This document shows positions 21,797-32,000 of a stretch of 64,000 nucleotides of DNA, piece by piece. Under the pieces are notes generated by a model. That model made no database searches, had not been told where the DNA came from, and worked only from the letters and a program-made list of their open reading frames with translations. Position numbers and translations under genes: made by a program. This DNA is from Myxococcota bacterium (GTDB lineage: Bacteria; Myxococcota_A; UBA796; UBA2385): assembly GCA_044344255.1 (NCBI GenBank), contig JBIJDH010000003.1:384001-448000 (forward strand), written 5' to 3'. Each line of letters starts with the position of its first letter. The stretch's first letter is position 1.

Positions 21797-22816
21797 ATGG
21801 CATCGGGTTCGACATCAGCGATGGACGGCGGTGAGGACGACCTCGCGCTCCTGCAGGAGCTCGGGGAGGTGCGAGAGCGCCTCGTGGCGGCGATCGGGAC
21901 GCGGATCGTGGGTCAGCGGAAGGTGGTCGATCAGCTCCTCGTGGCCCTCTTCGCGCAGGGCCACTGCCTCTTCATCGGGGTGCCCGGGCTCGCCAAGACC
22001 CTCTTGGTCTCCACCGCCGCCCGCGCGCTCGGCTTGTCTTCGGGGCGCGTCCAGTTCACTCCGGATCTCATGCCCGCCGACATCACCGGCACCGAGGTCC
22101 TCGAGGAGGATCGCAGCACGGGGCGTCGGGAGCTCCGCTTCATCCCCGGGCCCATCTTCACGAACCTCCTGCTGGCTGACGAGATCAACCGCACTCCGCC
22201 GAAGACGCAGGCGGCGCTGCTGGAGGCGATGCAGGAGCGGCGCGTGACCGCGGGCGGCCGGACCTACCCTCTACAGGCTCCCTTCCTCGTCTTCGCCACG
22301 CAGAACCCCATCGAGCAGGAGGGGACCTATCCTCTACCGGAAGCGGAGCTGGATCGGTTCATGTTCTCCGTGCGTGTCGGGTACCCGACAGAGGCGGAGG
22401 AGATCGAGGTGGTCCGTCGCACCACCGGCGTCGAGCCGGAGGGAGTGGAGGCGGTGCTGGGCCGCGAGAAGCTGCTCCAGCTGCAGGCCCTCGTCCGCCG
22501 CCTCCCGGTGAGCGACGACGTTCATCGGTACGCCGTCCGGCTGGCCCGCGCGACGCGGCCCGGTCCGGGGGCCCTGGACTTCGTCAACCGGTGGGTGCGG
22601 TGGGGCGCCGGTCCGCGGGCGAGCCAATACCTCTCCCTGGGTGCGCGGGTGCAAGCGGCGTTGGAGGGGAGGAAGAACCCCAAGCCCGCCGACGTGGAGA
22701 GCGTCGCCCAGGCCGTTCTGTCTCACCGCATCGTGCTCGGCTTTCAGGCCGAGGCGGAGGGGATCGGAGCCGAGACCGTGGTGGAGCGGATCCTCTCGAC
22801 GGTGGGGGCGCGGTGA
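21797..22816 (+). CDS. moxR: MoxR family AAA+ ATPase
   Basis: [46 protein letters not shown] and [22 protein letters not shown]. Alternative start GTG 21761. Confidence 0.95.
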   Translation: MASGSTSAMDGGEDDLALLQELGEVRERLVAAIGTRIVGQRKVVDQLLVALFAQGHCLFIGVPGLAKTLLVSTAARALGLSSGRVQFTPDLMPADITGTEVLEEDRSTGRRELRFIPGPIFTNLLLADEINRTPPKTQAALLEAMQERRVTAGGRTYPLQAPFLVFATQNPIEQEGTYPLPEAELDRFMFSVRVGYPTEAEEIEVVRRTTGVEPEGVEAVLGREKLLQLQALVRRLPVSDDVHRYAVRLARATRPGPGALDFVNRWVRWGAGPRASQYLSLGARVQAALEGRKNPKPADVESVAQAVLSHRIVLGFQAEAEGIGAETVVERILSTVGAR

Positions 22817-23733
22817 CCGAATCGGTCCCCCCTTGGGACCCCGAGGTCCTGGCGCGCATCAAGGTGCTCCACCTTCGAGCGCGACAGCTCGTCGCGGGGG
22901 CCTCGCATGGGGGCCACGCCAGCGTACGGGTCACCTCGAATGTCGAGTTCGCCGATTATAAAGAGTACAGTCCAGGAGACCCCCTCCGGGACCTCGACTG
23001 GAGGGTCCAAGCCCGCACCGACCGCCTCGTGGTGCGACGGCACCGGGCCGAGACGGAGATGCCGGTCACCTTCCTCGTCGACGCCAGCGGCGATCTGGCG
23101 ACCGGGGAGGGGTTTCGATCCGGCCGACGCCTGAGACCGGCCCTCGAGGGCACGAAGTGGGGATACGCGGCGGTGTTGACGGCGACCTTGGCGTGGTGGC
23201 TGCACCGCCGGGGAGAGCCGGTGGGCCTGATGGTGGCGGGCGGAACGGGGGTTCGTTGGCCCTGGCTGCCGCCTCGGGGTGGGATCCAGCACCTCACGCG
23301 AATCTTTGGCGTGTTGGCGGACCTCACCCCGAGCGGAGAGGCCAACCTCGGCCGGTCGCTCACCGAGCTCGGCGCCCGCCTCCCCCGACGCTCGATGCTG
23401 GTCCTCGTGAGCGACCTCATGGAGGAGCCGGCCGCCTGGGGCCCCCCGCTCTCCGGGATCCTGGCCCGCCAGGTCGATATTCGGGTGGCGCACCTGCATG
23501 ACGCGCGGGAGTGGAGGCTCGACTACGGCAGCGGGCTCCGCTTTCGCTCTCCGGAGGGAGGGGAGGCGCTGGCCATCGATCCCGACGACGTGAGACCGGC
23601 CTTTGAGGCTGTGCTCGCCGAGTACCTCGCCGAGGTCCGGGCGTGGCTCGGCAGCGCCCGCAGCCATCATGTCCTCGCCCCGACGGATCAGGCGATGGAC
23701 CGCGTCCTCGCCGGCCTCCTCAGGGGGGCTTGA
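22813..23733 (+). CDS. DUF58 domain protein (MoxR-associated)
   Basis: [27 protein letters not shown] and LVSDL. GTG 22813 overlaps the moxR stop. Confidence 0.9.
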   Translation: MTESVPPWDPEVLARIKVLHLRARQLVAGASHGGHASVRVTSNVEFADYKEYSPGDPLRDLDWRVQARTDRLVVRRHRAETEMPVTFLVDASGDLATGEGFRSGRRLRPALEGTKWGYAAVLTATLAWWLHRRGEPVGLMVAGGTGVRWPWLPPRGGIQHLTRIFGVLADLTPSGEANLGRSLTELGARLPRRSMLVLVSDLMEEPAAWGPPLSGILARQVDIRVAHLHDAREWRLDYGSGLRFRSPEGGEALAIDPDDVRPAFEAVLAEYLAEVRAWLGSARSHHVLAPTDQAMDRVLAGLLRGA

Positions 23734-25848
23734 GTGCAGGTCGGCCTCCTCGTCCCCGCCGCCCTCGCGCTCGGCCTCCTCGTGGTCGGGCCCCTGCTCG
23801 CGCACCTCTTGCAGCGGCGCCCCGTGCGGGAGCAGCTCTACGGGGCGATGATCCTTCTGCGGCGCCTGCCGCGAAAGACCCGACGGCGGAGTCGCCTTCA
23901 CGACCTCCTCCTCCTCCTGCTCCGCTGCCTCGTGCTCCTCCTGGTCGCGGCTGCGGTGAGCCGCCCCGAGCTCCGCTGGCCAGGGGCGGCGGACGCCGAG
24001 ACCGGGCCTCGCGCGGTGGTGATGGTGGTGGACAACAGCCTCTCGATGGACCTTCGAGACAGCGGGGTCGGCCTGCCCGGCGCCGCCTTGACCGAGCCCG
24101 CTTCGGCGTTGGCGCGGGCCCGCGCGGCGGCCCTGGAGGCGGTGCGCGCCCTGCCTGAGGGCACACGGGTGGGGGTGGTCTCGATCGGCGGCGCTGCGAC
24201 CCGGCTCACGGCTGGCGTGGAGGCCGATCACCTCGTCTCCCTGGCCGCGATCGACGCCATCCCGCAGACGTCGGGCGGCACCGACCTCGTGGGCGGCCTC
24301 CGCGAGGCGCGGCGGATGCTCGAAGGGAAGGGGGGCGCGGTTTATGTCTTCACCGATCAGGCCGGGCCGACCGCGCTGCCGGCCGCGCGAGGTGAGATCG
24401 AGCTCCTCGCCGACCAGGACGTGGCCCTTGTCCCGCGGCCGATCACCCCCGCGCGGATCGCGAACGTGGCGGTCATCGGGGCCCGCTATGGGGACGGCGT
24501 GGAGGGCGGAAGCGTGCGGCTGCAGGTGATGAACTTCGGCGGCTCCCCGCTCGAGGTGCCGCTCACGGTTCACTTGCCGGACGGTAAGGGCATCACCACC
24601 TTCGTCGATCTTCCCGCGGAGGGCATGTCCGAGGCCACGGTCACGATCCCTCGGGTCGCCGAGGGCGGCGTCGCGGTGGCAGAGGTGGAGGACCCCGCCC
24701 TCCCCGCGGACAATCGTTTCTCCTTTCACCTGCCGCGGGTCGGGGCGAGCCGCGTGCTGGTCGTCGATGGGGACCCTGGCTCCACGCCCGTGGCCTCCGA
24801 GGTCTACTTCCTCGAGCGGGCCCTGTCACCGTGGGGAGGCGCCGGCGGTGTGGCCGCCGGGGTCCTGCCCGACGTCACCACCATCGCCGGCCTCTCGAAC
24901 CTCGATCCCGAGGTGCACCGGGTCGTCTTCTTGGCCAACGTGGCTGATCCGGAGCCCGTGGCGGCCCGGCTCGGTGACTTTGTGCGCAAGGGGGGCGCGC
25001 TGGTCGTGGGGCTCGGCAACAACGTCACGGGCGAACGATACAACGGGGCGCTCGGTCCGCTCCTCCCCGCCGGCCTCAAGGCCCCTCATCCGCTCGGCGC
25101 CCTCGGGGATGAAGGGCTGCCGATGGACCTCCCGGACGCCCAGACGGAGCTCTTTCGCCCCTTCGCCCGGGGTGGCCTCGAGAGCTTCGGGCGTGCCCGC
25201 TTCCGACAGGTCTACGATCTGGAGCCGTACGAGGAGGCCACGGGGACCCGCACGTTGATGAGGCTCCAGGGCGGCGTGCCGCTGCTGGTTGAACATGCCT
25301 TCGGGCGAGGGAAGGTGCTGCTCTACACCTCCACCTTTGACCTCGGTTGGTGCAGCTTCCCCTTTCAGGCCGCCTTCGTGCCCTGGGTTCAGAGGCTCGT
25401 GAGCTACCTCGGCGCGGAGGCCGGAGGGGGAGGGGAGCGCCGAACGGCGACCGTGGGCGACAACCTCGGGATCAAGGTGGGAGACGCCACCGCCGTGGCC
25501 ACCGTGCAGGGTCCGTCCGGGCCTCGGCCGAGCCAGCTCGTGGGCGACGAGCTCCGCTTCCTGGTCGACGCCCCGGGGGACTGGCGAGTGCTGTCCGCCG
25601 CGGGTCCCCCGATCGCTTGGGTGGCGGTCAACGTAGATCCGCGGGAGAGCGACGTCCGCCCCGGGCCCTCCCTCGTGGAGACCGCCGCGGAGATCGATCC
25701 CGAGCGCTTCCTCCGTCGGGCGGAGCTCGCCCCCTGGCTGCTCGCGGCGGCCCTCGGCGTCGCGGTGGCGCAGGCCCTGGTCGGGGCCTGGCTCACCCGA
25801 CGCTCCCTCGCAGAGCCTGACCGGGAGGTGGTGGATGCCGCTCAATAG
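23734..25848 (+). CDS. BatA-like N-terminal double-TM + VWA domain protein
   Basis: PLLAHLL...LLLLLRCL...SRP (BatA-type N-terminus), MIDAS-like VVDNSLSM and FTD, LPADN, and a C-terminal TM. Confidence 0.85.
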   Translation: MQVGLLVPAALALGLLVVGPLLAHLLQRRPVREQLYGAMILLRRLPRKTRRRSRLHDLLLLLLRCLVLLLVAAAVSRPELRWPGAADAETGPRAVVMVVDNSLSMDLRDSGVGLPGAALTEPASALARARAAALEAVRALPEGTRVGVVSIGGAATRLTAGVEADHLVSLAAIDAIPQTSGGTDLVGGLREARRMLEGKGGAVYVFTDQAGPTALPAARGEIELLADQDVALVPRPITPARIANVAVIGARYGDGVEGGSVRLQVMNFGGSPLEVPLTVHLPDGKGITTFVDLPAEGMSEATVTIPRVAEGGVAVAEVEDPALPADNRFSFHLPRVGASRVLVVDGDPGSTPVASEVYFLERALSPWGGAGGVAAGVLPDVTTIAGLSNLDPEVHRVVFLANVADPEPVAARLGDFVRKGGALVVGLGNNVTGERYNGALGPLLPAGLKAPHPLGALGDEGLPMDLPDAQTELFRPFARGGLESFGRARFRQVYDLEPYEEATGTRTLMRLQGGVPLLVEHAFGRGKVLLYTSTFDLGWCSFPFQAAFVPWVQRLVSYLGAEAGGGGERRTATVGDNLGIKVGDATAVATVQGPSGPRPSQLVGDELRFLVDAPGDWRVLSAAGPPIAWVAVNVDPRESDVRPGPSLVETAAEIDPERFLRRAELAPWLLAAALGVAVAQALVGAWLTRRSLAEPDREVVDAAQ

Positions 25849-26644
25849 ACCCTCGCCTCCCAGCTGGAGCCGCCGCCACCTGCTCCGCGCGACGGCGAGC
25901 AGCCTCGGGGCCCTCTCGGTGTCACTGCCTTTGTCTCTACCGTTTTCTCTCTCGGCCGGCGCCCTCGGCCCGAGCAGCCAGCTCGACGTCGCCGAGATCG
26001 TACTGCCCTCCGGCACCACCAGCCGGCCGCGGGCCTGGGAGCGGCTGCTCTTCGAGGTCATCAACTCGACGAGCGTGACGGCCAACCCGAGCGCGGTCCA
26101 GGTGGCCCCTGAGGATCCGCTCCTGTTCCGCCACCCCTTCAGCGTGCTCCTGGGGGCGGGCCAGCTGCCGGCCTTGAGTGACGTCGCCATCGAGCAGCTG
26201 GTTCGGTACCTTTCCTACGGTGGTTTCATCATCATCGATGACACCACGGGCTCGCTCGGCGGGCCCTTCGCCCGGTCGGTGCGGCAGCTCTGTCGGCGGC
26301 TCTTCCCGACCCGGCCCCTCGCCCCGCTGCCCGCCGACCACTCCATCTACCGAGCCTTCTTCCTCATCGATCGGCCGATGGGGCGGCTCGACCTCGCGCC
26401 GGAGCTCGAAGGGGTGACCATCGGCCCCGTCACCCCGCTCGTATTCTGTCCGAACGACCTCTCGGGGGCCCTCGATCGGCAGGCGGACGGTCGGGATCGG
26501 TTCCCCGTGGTGCCCGGCGGTGACGACCAGCGCCGCGAGGCGGTGAAGCTGGCGGTCAACCTGGTTATGTACTCGCTCACCTCGAACTACAAGCACGATC
26601 AGGCCCACGTGGCCGAGCTCATGCGCGACGGACGTATCGAGTGA
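25835..26644 (+). CDS. DUF4159 domain protein with Tat-like signal
   Basis: SRRHLL twin-Arg motif, LFRHPF, YLSYGGFIIIDD, HSIYRAFF and NLVMYSLTSNYKHDQAHV. Confidence 0.88.
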   Translation: MPLNRPSPPSWSRRHLLRATASSLGALSVSLPLSLPFSLSAGALGPSSQLDVAEIVLPSGTTSRPRAWERLLFEVINSTSVTANPSAVQVAPEDPLLFRHPFSVLLGAGQLPALSDVAIEQLVRYLSYGGFIIIDDTTGSLGGPFARSVRQLCRRLFPTRPLAPLPADHSIYRAFFLIDRPMGRLDLAPELEGVTIGPVTPLVFCPNDLSGALDRQADGRDRFPVVPGGDDQRREAVKLAVNLVMYSLTSNYKHDQAHVAELMRDGRIE

Positions 26645-28902
26645 TGGGCTGGCTGCTCGGCGGTGAGCTGTCGGGAGAGGGGGCGCTCGTCTGGGGTGCG
26701 CCGGCCGCCCTCGTCGGGGTGGCCGCGGCGCTCGCGCTCGTCGCCTGGGTCGCAGCGGCGGCGTTCGGTCCCCGAGGCCAGGCCCGCCTCCGCGCCGCCG
26801 AGCTTGTCGCGTGGGCGATCTGCCTCGCCGCCCTCGTCGTCGGGGTGGGGGATCCCGCCTGGCTCGCCGCCTCTGGGCGGACCGAGCCAGGGCGGCTCGT
26901 GGTCCTCGTCGACGCCAGCGCCTCGATGGGGGTGCGGGAAGGCGGGGCGCCGCGCTCAGAGCGGGCCTCGGCCCTCCTCTCCCGGCTCAGCGCCGGTGAG
27001 GACGTCGATGTCTTCAACTTCGATGAAGAGCTGCGCAGCGGGCCCCCCGCCGGCTGGACGGGGCGCAGCACGGACCTCGGCATGGCCCTGTCCACGGTCG
27101 CGGACCGTTACCTCGGACAGAAGCTGCGCGGCGTCGTCGTGATCACCGATGGCATCGATCGCGGCGGGCTGCGCGCCGGCTGGAGGGCCGCCAGCGAGGC
27201 GGGTTCGGTCGGCGGCGCGCTCGCGGTGCCGTTGCCGGGGCCGCTCACGCTGTACCAGGTGGGCACGGGCTCCGCCCAGGGTGACGTCGCGGTGGACGAG
27301 GTCATCACCAGCGGCTTCGCGTTCCAGCGCTCTCCGTTCACCCTCCGCGCTCGCCTCCGAGGGCTCCCGGGCCAAACCCTGCCGGTCCAGCTCTCTTGTG
27401 ACGGGCGCTCCATCAACAGCCGCGACGTCACCCTCGACGAGGCCGGCGTCGGCACCGTCAGCTTCGAGGTCACAGAGCGGGAGGTTGGGCGCTTTGTCTG
27501 GGAGGTGAGCGTCCCCGTGGCCGATGACGACCCTGTCCCGGGCAACAATTCCTACCAGTCCGTCGTGCGAGTGGTTCGGGACCACCTCCGCGTGCTCCAG
27601 GTGAGCGGGAGCCCCTCTCTCGACACCAAGTTCTTGAGGCTCTTCCTCAAGGAAGACCCGAGCGTCGACCTCGTGAGCTTCTTCATCCTCCGCACGCCGG
27701 AGGACATGGGCGCGGGTTGGGGCACCGACGAGCTGTCGCTCATCCAATTCCCCTACGAGAAGCTGTTCACCGAGGAGCTTGACTCCTTCGACCTCGTCAT
27801 CTTTCAGAATTTTAACTATGGCCCCTACTTCGAGGGCGGTGGTGAGGAGCTGCTCGCCAACGTGGCAGAGTACGTCCGCGCGGGGCACGCCCTCGTGATG
27901 ACGGGCGGAGATCGAAGCTTTGACCTTGCGGATTATGCGAACACTCCCCTCGCCGAGGTGCTGCCGGTTCGACTCGGGGTGACCGGCGTGGCGGTGGACG
28001 AGCGGACCTTCCGGCCGTCGCTCACGCAGATGGGGGCTGGGCACTCGATCCTCCGCCTCGCCGCCACGGTGGAGGAGAGCCAGGCCCTCTGGCAGCAGCT
28101 CCCGGAGCTCGACGGCATCAACCTGACGAACGGCCTCGCCTCCGACTCCGCGGCGCTGCTCGTTCACCCCGAGCTCAAGACCACGGCGGGGGAGCCGATG
28201 CCGGTGGTCGCGGTGCGCGAGGTGGGCCGCGGGCGCACCATGGCGCTGACGGTCGACGCCTCCTGGCGGTGGTCGCTGTCGGAGGCCGCAGAAGGTAGGG
28301 GTAATCAGGCCTATTTGAGGTTTTGGAAGGGCGCCATGCGCTGGCTGGTGGCCGATCCCGACGATCGCCCGCTGGTCGTGACCCCCTCCCGCGAGAACGT
28401 CGTGCTCGGTGAGGAGCTCCGCCTCGTGGTGCGGGCCCGCGACGCAGGCAGCGCGCCGGTCGCGGCGACCGTCATTGAGGGCACCATCAGCGGTCCGGGC
28501 GGCCGAAAGGAGCCGATGACGCTCACCACTGACTCCAACGGCGAGGCCGTGCTCGACTTCAAGCCCGCCGTCCGCGGCGCCTGGCGCGTGAAGGTGCGGG
28601 GCCGTTTGGGCTCCGCTCTGGAGGAGGCCGAGACGGTCTTCGCGGTGAGCGACCGTGACCCCGAGCTCGCAGAGATCGTGCCCGATCAGGCCTTCTTGCA
28701 GGGCCTCGCGGGCCTGTATGGAGCGAGTGGCGCCTGGAGAGGGCCGGGGGATGACTCCGCGCCGCTCGAGGACCCGGCCGCTGTGCGCGTCGTCAACGAG
28801 CAGACTCGGGTGGCCTTCGGTCGGAGCCCGCTCCTGGGCGGGATCGTCGGCCTCACGGCGGCGGCGGCGTGGCTCTTCCGCCGGCGGGCGGGGGCCCGAT
28901 AG
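26641..28902 (+). CDS. Membrane protein with VWA-like and class I glutamine-amidotransferase-like (DUF1355-type) domains
   Basis: LVDASASM, ITDG, LKEDPSVDLVSFFILRT, ELSLIQFP, FDLVIF, GRGR...SWRW, and a C-terminal TM followed by RRR. Confidence 0.8.
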   Translation: MMGWLLGGELSGEGALVWGAPAALVGVAAALALVAWVAAAAFGPRGQARLRAAELVAWAICLAALVVGVGDPAWLAASGRTEPGRLVVLVDASASMGVREGGAPRSERASALLSRLSAGEDVDVFNFDEELRSGPPAGWTGRSTDLGMALSTVADRYLGQKLRGVVVITDGIDRGGLRAGWRAASEAGSVGGALAVPLPGPLTLYQVGTGSAQGDVAVDEVITSGFAFQRSPFTLRARLRGLPGQTLPVQLSCDGRSINSRDVTLDEAGVGTVSFEVTEREVGRFVWEVSVPVADDDPVPGNNSYQSVVRVVRDHLRVLQVSGSPSLDTKFLRLFLKEDPSVDLVSFFILRTPEDMGAGWGTDELSLIQFPYEKLFTEELDSFDLVIFQNFNYGPYFEGGGEELLANVAEYVRAGHALVMTGGDRSFDLADYANTPLAEVLPVRLGVTGVAVDERTFRPSLTQMGAGHSILRLAATVEESQALWQQLPELDGINLTNGLASDSAALLVHPELKTTAGEPMPVVAVREVGRGRTMALTVDASWRWSLSEAAEGRGNQAYLRFWKGAMRWLVADPDDRPLVVTPSRENVVLGEELRLVVRARDAGSAPVAATVIEGTISGPGGRKEPMTLTTDSNGEAVLDFKPAVRGAWRVKVRGRLGSALEEAETVFAVSDRDPELAEIVPDQAFLQGLAGLYGASGAWRGPGDDSAPLEDPAAVRVVNEQTRVAFGRSPLLGGIVGLTAAAAWLFRRRAGAR

Positions 28903-29024
28903 ACCGCGGTCGGTGCGGCGCGGCTTGGGTTTCGTCCGCCCCGAGTTGTTTCTTGTCCGTCACCGGCCGTTCAGGTTGACGGCGACGCGAAAGGGACCTT
29001 AATCCGGACCTGTCTGGAGGTCCC

Positions 29025-32000
29025 ATGGGTGGCTTGCGTTCCCCGTACCTGTTCCTGCTCCTGAGCGTCTTGTTCGCGGTCTTCGGATGTAGGGGCGACG
29101 GCGACGCGGGTGAGGGCGGGGCGGCGCCAGAGGGGGCCACTCAGCTCGGCGACATCATCGCTGACCCTCAGTCCACGCTGCTGCGCATGCGGGCGGTGGG
29201 GCCGGAGGGCGCGGTGCCGGCCGAGCTCGTGATTCAACTTCGTAAGCCGCTCTTCGCGGGCGTAGAGGCCGGTACGGTGCTGGGAGAGGGCAGCCGCCTC
29301 GACTTCGATCCCCCGGTCCCGGGCCACCTCGAGGTGCTCTCCGCCGACACCCTCCGCTTTCTGCCCGACACGGGCTTCCGCCCGGACACCGCTTATCGGG
29401 CCACCTTGGCCGCGGTGGAGGGCGGCGGCCAGCGCGCCACGCCTCCCGACGGAGAGTCGTGGAGCCTGCCCTTCCGCACGCCCGCCTTTCAGCTCCTCCG
29501 AGGCGGCCTCACAGAGAGGGACGCCGCCGCCGGCCGGGTGACGGTCGAGCTCTACTTCTCGGCCCCCGTCGACGTCAACGAGGTCAAGGCCCGCGTCCGT
29601 TGGTCCCTCGGCGCGCTCAAGCTCCGGCCGACGGCCGAGGCCGCGGGGAGCCGCCCCTCTTCGGTGCGCTTCACGTTCGAAGACCCTGCCCTGCGGGGTG
29701 ACGGCCTGATCTCGGTCTCGGTCGAGCCGGTCCCCTCCGCGCAGGACGCGGCCCTGCAGGCCCCGGCGGCTTCGTTCGAGCTCTCCCTCACCCGCGGCCC
29801 CGAGGTCGAGATCTTGTCCTTCGGTGTTCGTGAGGGGCAGAACGGCCACTACCTGGAGGTGGTCTGCAACGACAAGGGAGCGGGGGGGGAGCGCTATTAC
29901 TGGGATCCCGAGACCTATGACGGCTGGTGGACCTCGCGGCGCTGCATCCTGGACGAAGCCGAGGCGCGGCGGATGGTGCACATTGATCCGGCCGTCGAGT
30001 TCACCGTCGCCGAGGCGCCGGCCGGCTTTCGTCTGTTCGGCGACTTCCCGATCGGGGAGTATTCGCTGCGCATCGACGGCGGCGCGCGCACCCGAGACGG
30101 TGGCGTGCTGGCCAGCGGTTACTCCGGGCAGGTGCGGGTCCCCGAGCGCAAGCCCCGGATCAGCTTCGCCTCCAAGGGGCGGTACCTGCCGCGCTCGGCC
30201 TGGAAGAAGCTCGCGGTCCAGCACCTCAACGTAGACGCAGTGACGGTGACGGTGCGGCACGTGCCGGAAGCGAACCTCGCCTTCTGGCTGAGCGGTGACC
30301 GAGAGACCGCCGACGCCCGAAGCTCGAACGTGGTGGCGAAGCAGGAGCTCACCTTCTCCCGAGTGACCGACCTCGAAGAGACGGCCTGGGTCGATGTGAG
30401 CGCGGTCCTGCCGAAGGTTCAGCGGGGTGTCTACGAGCTGCGGGTCGACACCAAGGCCGATCCCGCCAATCCCGGCCGCGCAACCACCGGCGACGCCGCC
30501 CGCATCCTGTTGACCGACATGCAGCTCGTCGCCAAGCGGGCGAGCCCGAGGCCGGGGCAGGCCTGGAGCCCCTCTGTCCTCGTCTGGGCCCTGGACACCC
30601 ACTCCGGCGCGCCGCTCACCGGCGTTCACGTCAAGCTCATCCGCCCGAGCGGGCAGGCGATGGCCACCTGTGACACCGGGATGAGCGGCGTGTGCGAGAT
30701 CAAGGTGCCGATGGACGAGGTGGATCCTACGCCGCCGCTCGCCCTGGTCGCGACTCGGGACGATGATCTGACTTACCTCAAGTTCGAGGAGCTCCGGCTC
30801 GATCCCGAGGCGGACGTGGCAGGCCGCCCGTACGCGATCGACGCGGAGGCCGCCGCCGCCTACCAGGCCGCCCTCTACACCGACCGCGGCGTCTATCGGC
30901 CGGGTGACGTGGTGCACCTCGGCGGCGTGCTCCGCGACCCCTCCTTCCACGCTCCGGAGGCCGCCCTGCCCGTGGTGGTGCAGCTCTTCGATCCTCGCGG
31001 CAAGGAGCTTCGCCGAAAGGTGGTCCAGACCGACGCCGCAGGGGTCATCACCGTAGACCTCCCATTCGCCGACTACGCGAGCACAGGCGTGTACCGGGTC
31101 ATGGCCGAGGTCGGCGAGCGCGTGGTCGGAGAGACCAGCTTCAACGTCGAGGAGTTTGTGCCGGAGCGGATGAAGGTCACCCTGAGCCCGGTGGTCGCCG
31201 CTGGGGTCCGCCTCGGTGAGCCGCTGGAGCTGGACGTCGGCGCGCGTTGGCTCTTCGGCGGCAGCGCGGCGGGCAGCGGCGTCGAGCTCTCCTGTCGGCT
31301 GGAGTCCGCTGACTTCAAACCCAAGGCCGCGGAGGGCTGGCACTTCGGCCTCGCCCAGGTCGACGACACCGACCAGCCCCGGCCGATCACCCTTGGCCTC
31401 GTCGAGGGCCGCCTCGACGAGGCGGGCGTGGCGCGGATGAGCTGTCCTCCCCCAGCCTCGAGCGGCACCGCCTCCGGGCCCCTCTCGCTGGTCGCAGACG
31501 CTGCGGTGTTCGAGGGAGACTCCGGTCGCAGCACCCACGTCACCGCGCGGACGCCGGTGCACCCGGAGCGCTTCTACCTCGGGACCCGCACCGCCACGGA
31601 GAAGGTCAAGGCGGGCCAGCGGGTGAGCGTGCAGGGGCTCGTCGCGGACTGGGAGGGCAAGCCCTCGGCGGAGGCGCCGGCCACGGTCTCCGTCGAGATC
31701 CTGCGCCTCGACGAAGAGCTCGGCTGGTGGTGGGACGAGCGCGAAGAGTCGAGCCGCTACCGGCGCCTGCTGCGCCGTTCGCGAGAGTCCGTCCGTGAGG
31801 TGCCTGTCGTAAAGGGTGCCTTTACCGTAGCCTTTACGCCGGCGGGCAGCGCGGCGGGCTACGTGGTCGTCGTGAGCAGCGGCGCCGCGCGCTCCGAGCA
31901 GTACATCGAGGGGGCCGCGCGCCGGTACTGGTGGGATCCCTCCGACAGCGAGGTCGACCAGACCCCGCGTCCGAAGAAGCCCACCCCGCTCGTGCTCGAG

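Noticed and set aside
28920..28985. Rho-independent terminator between the MoxR cluster and A2M
   Set aside because: The stem (cttggg...cccgag) is weak with a large loop and an interrupted U-tract, which is not enough to call.
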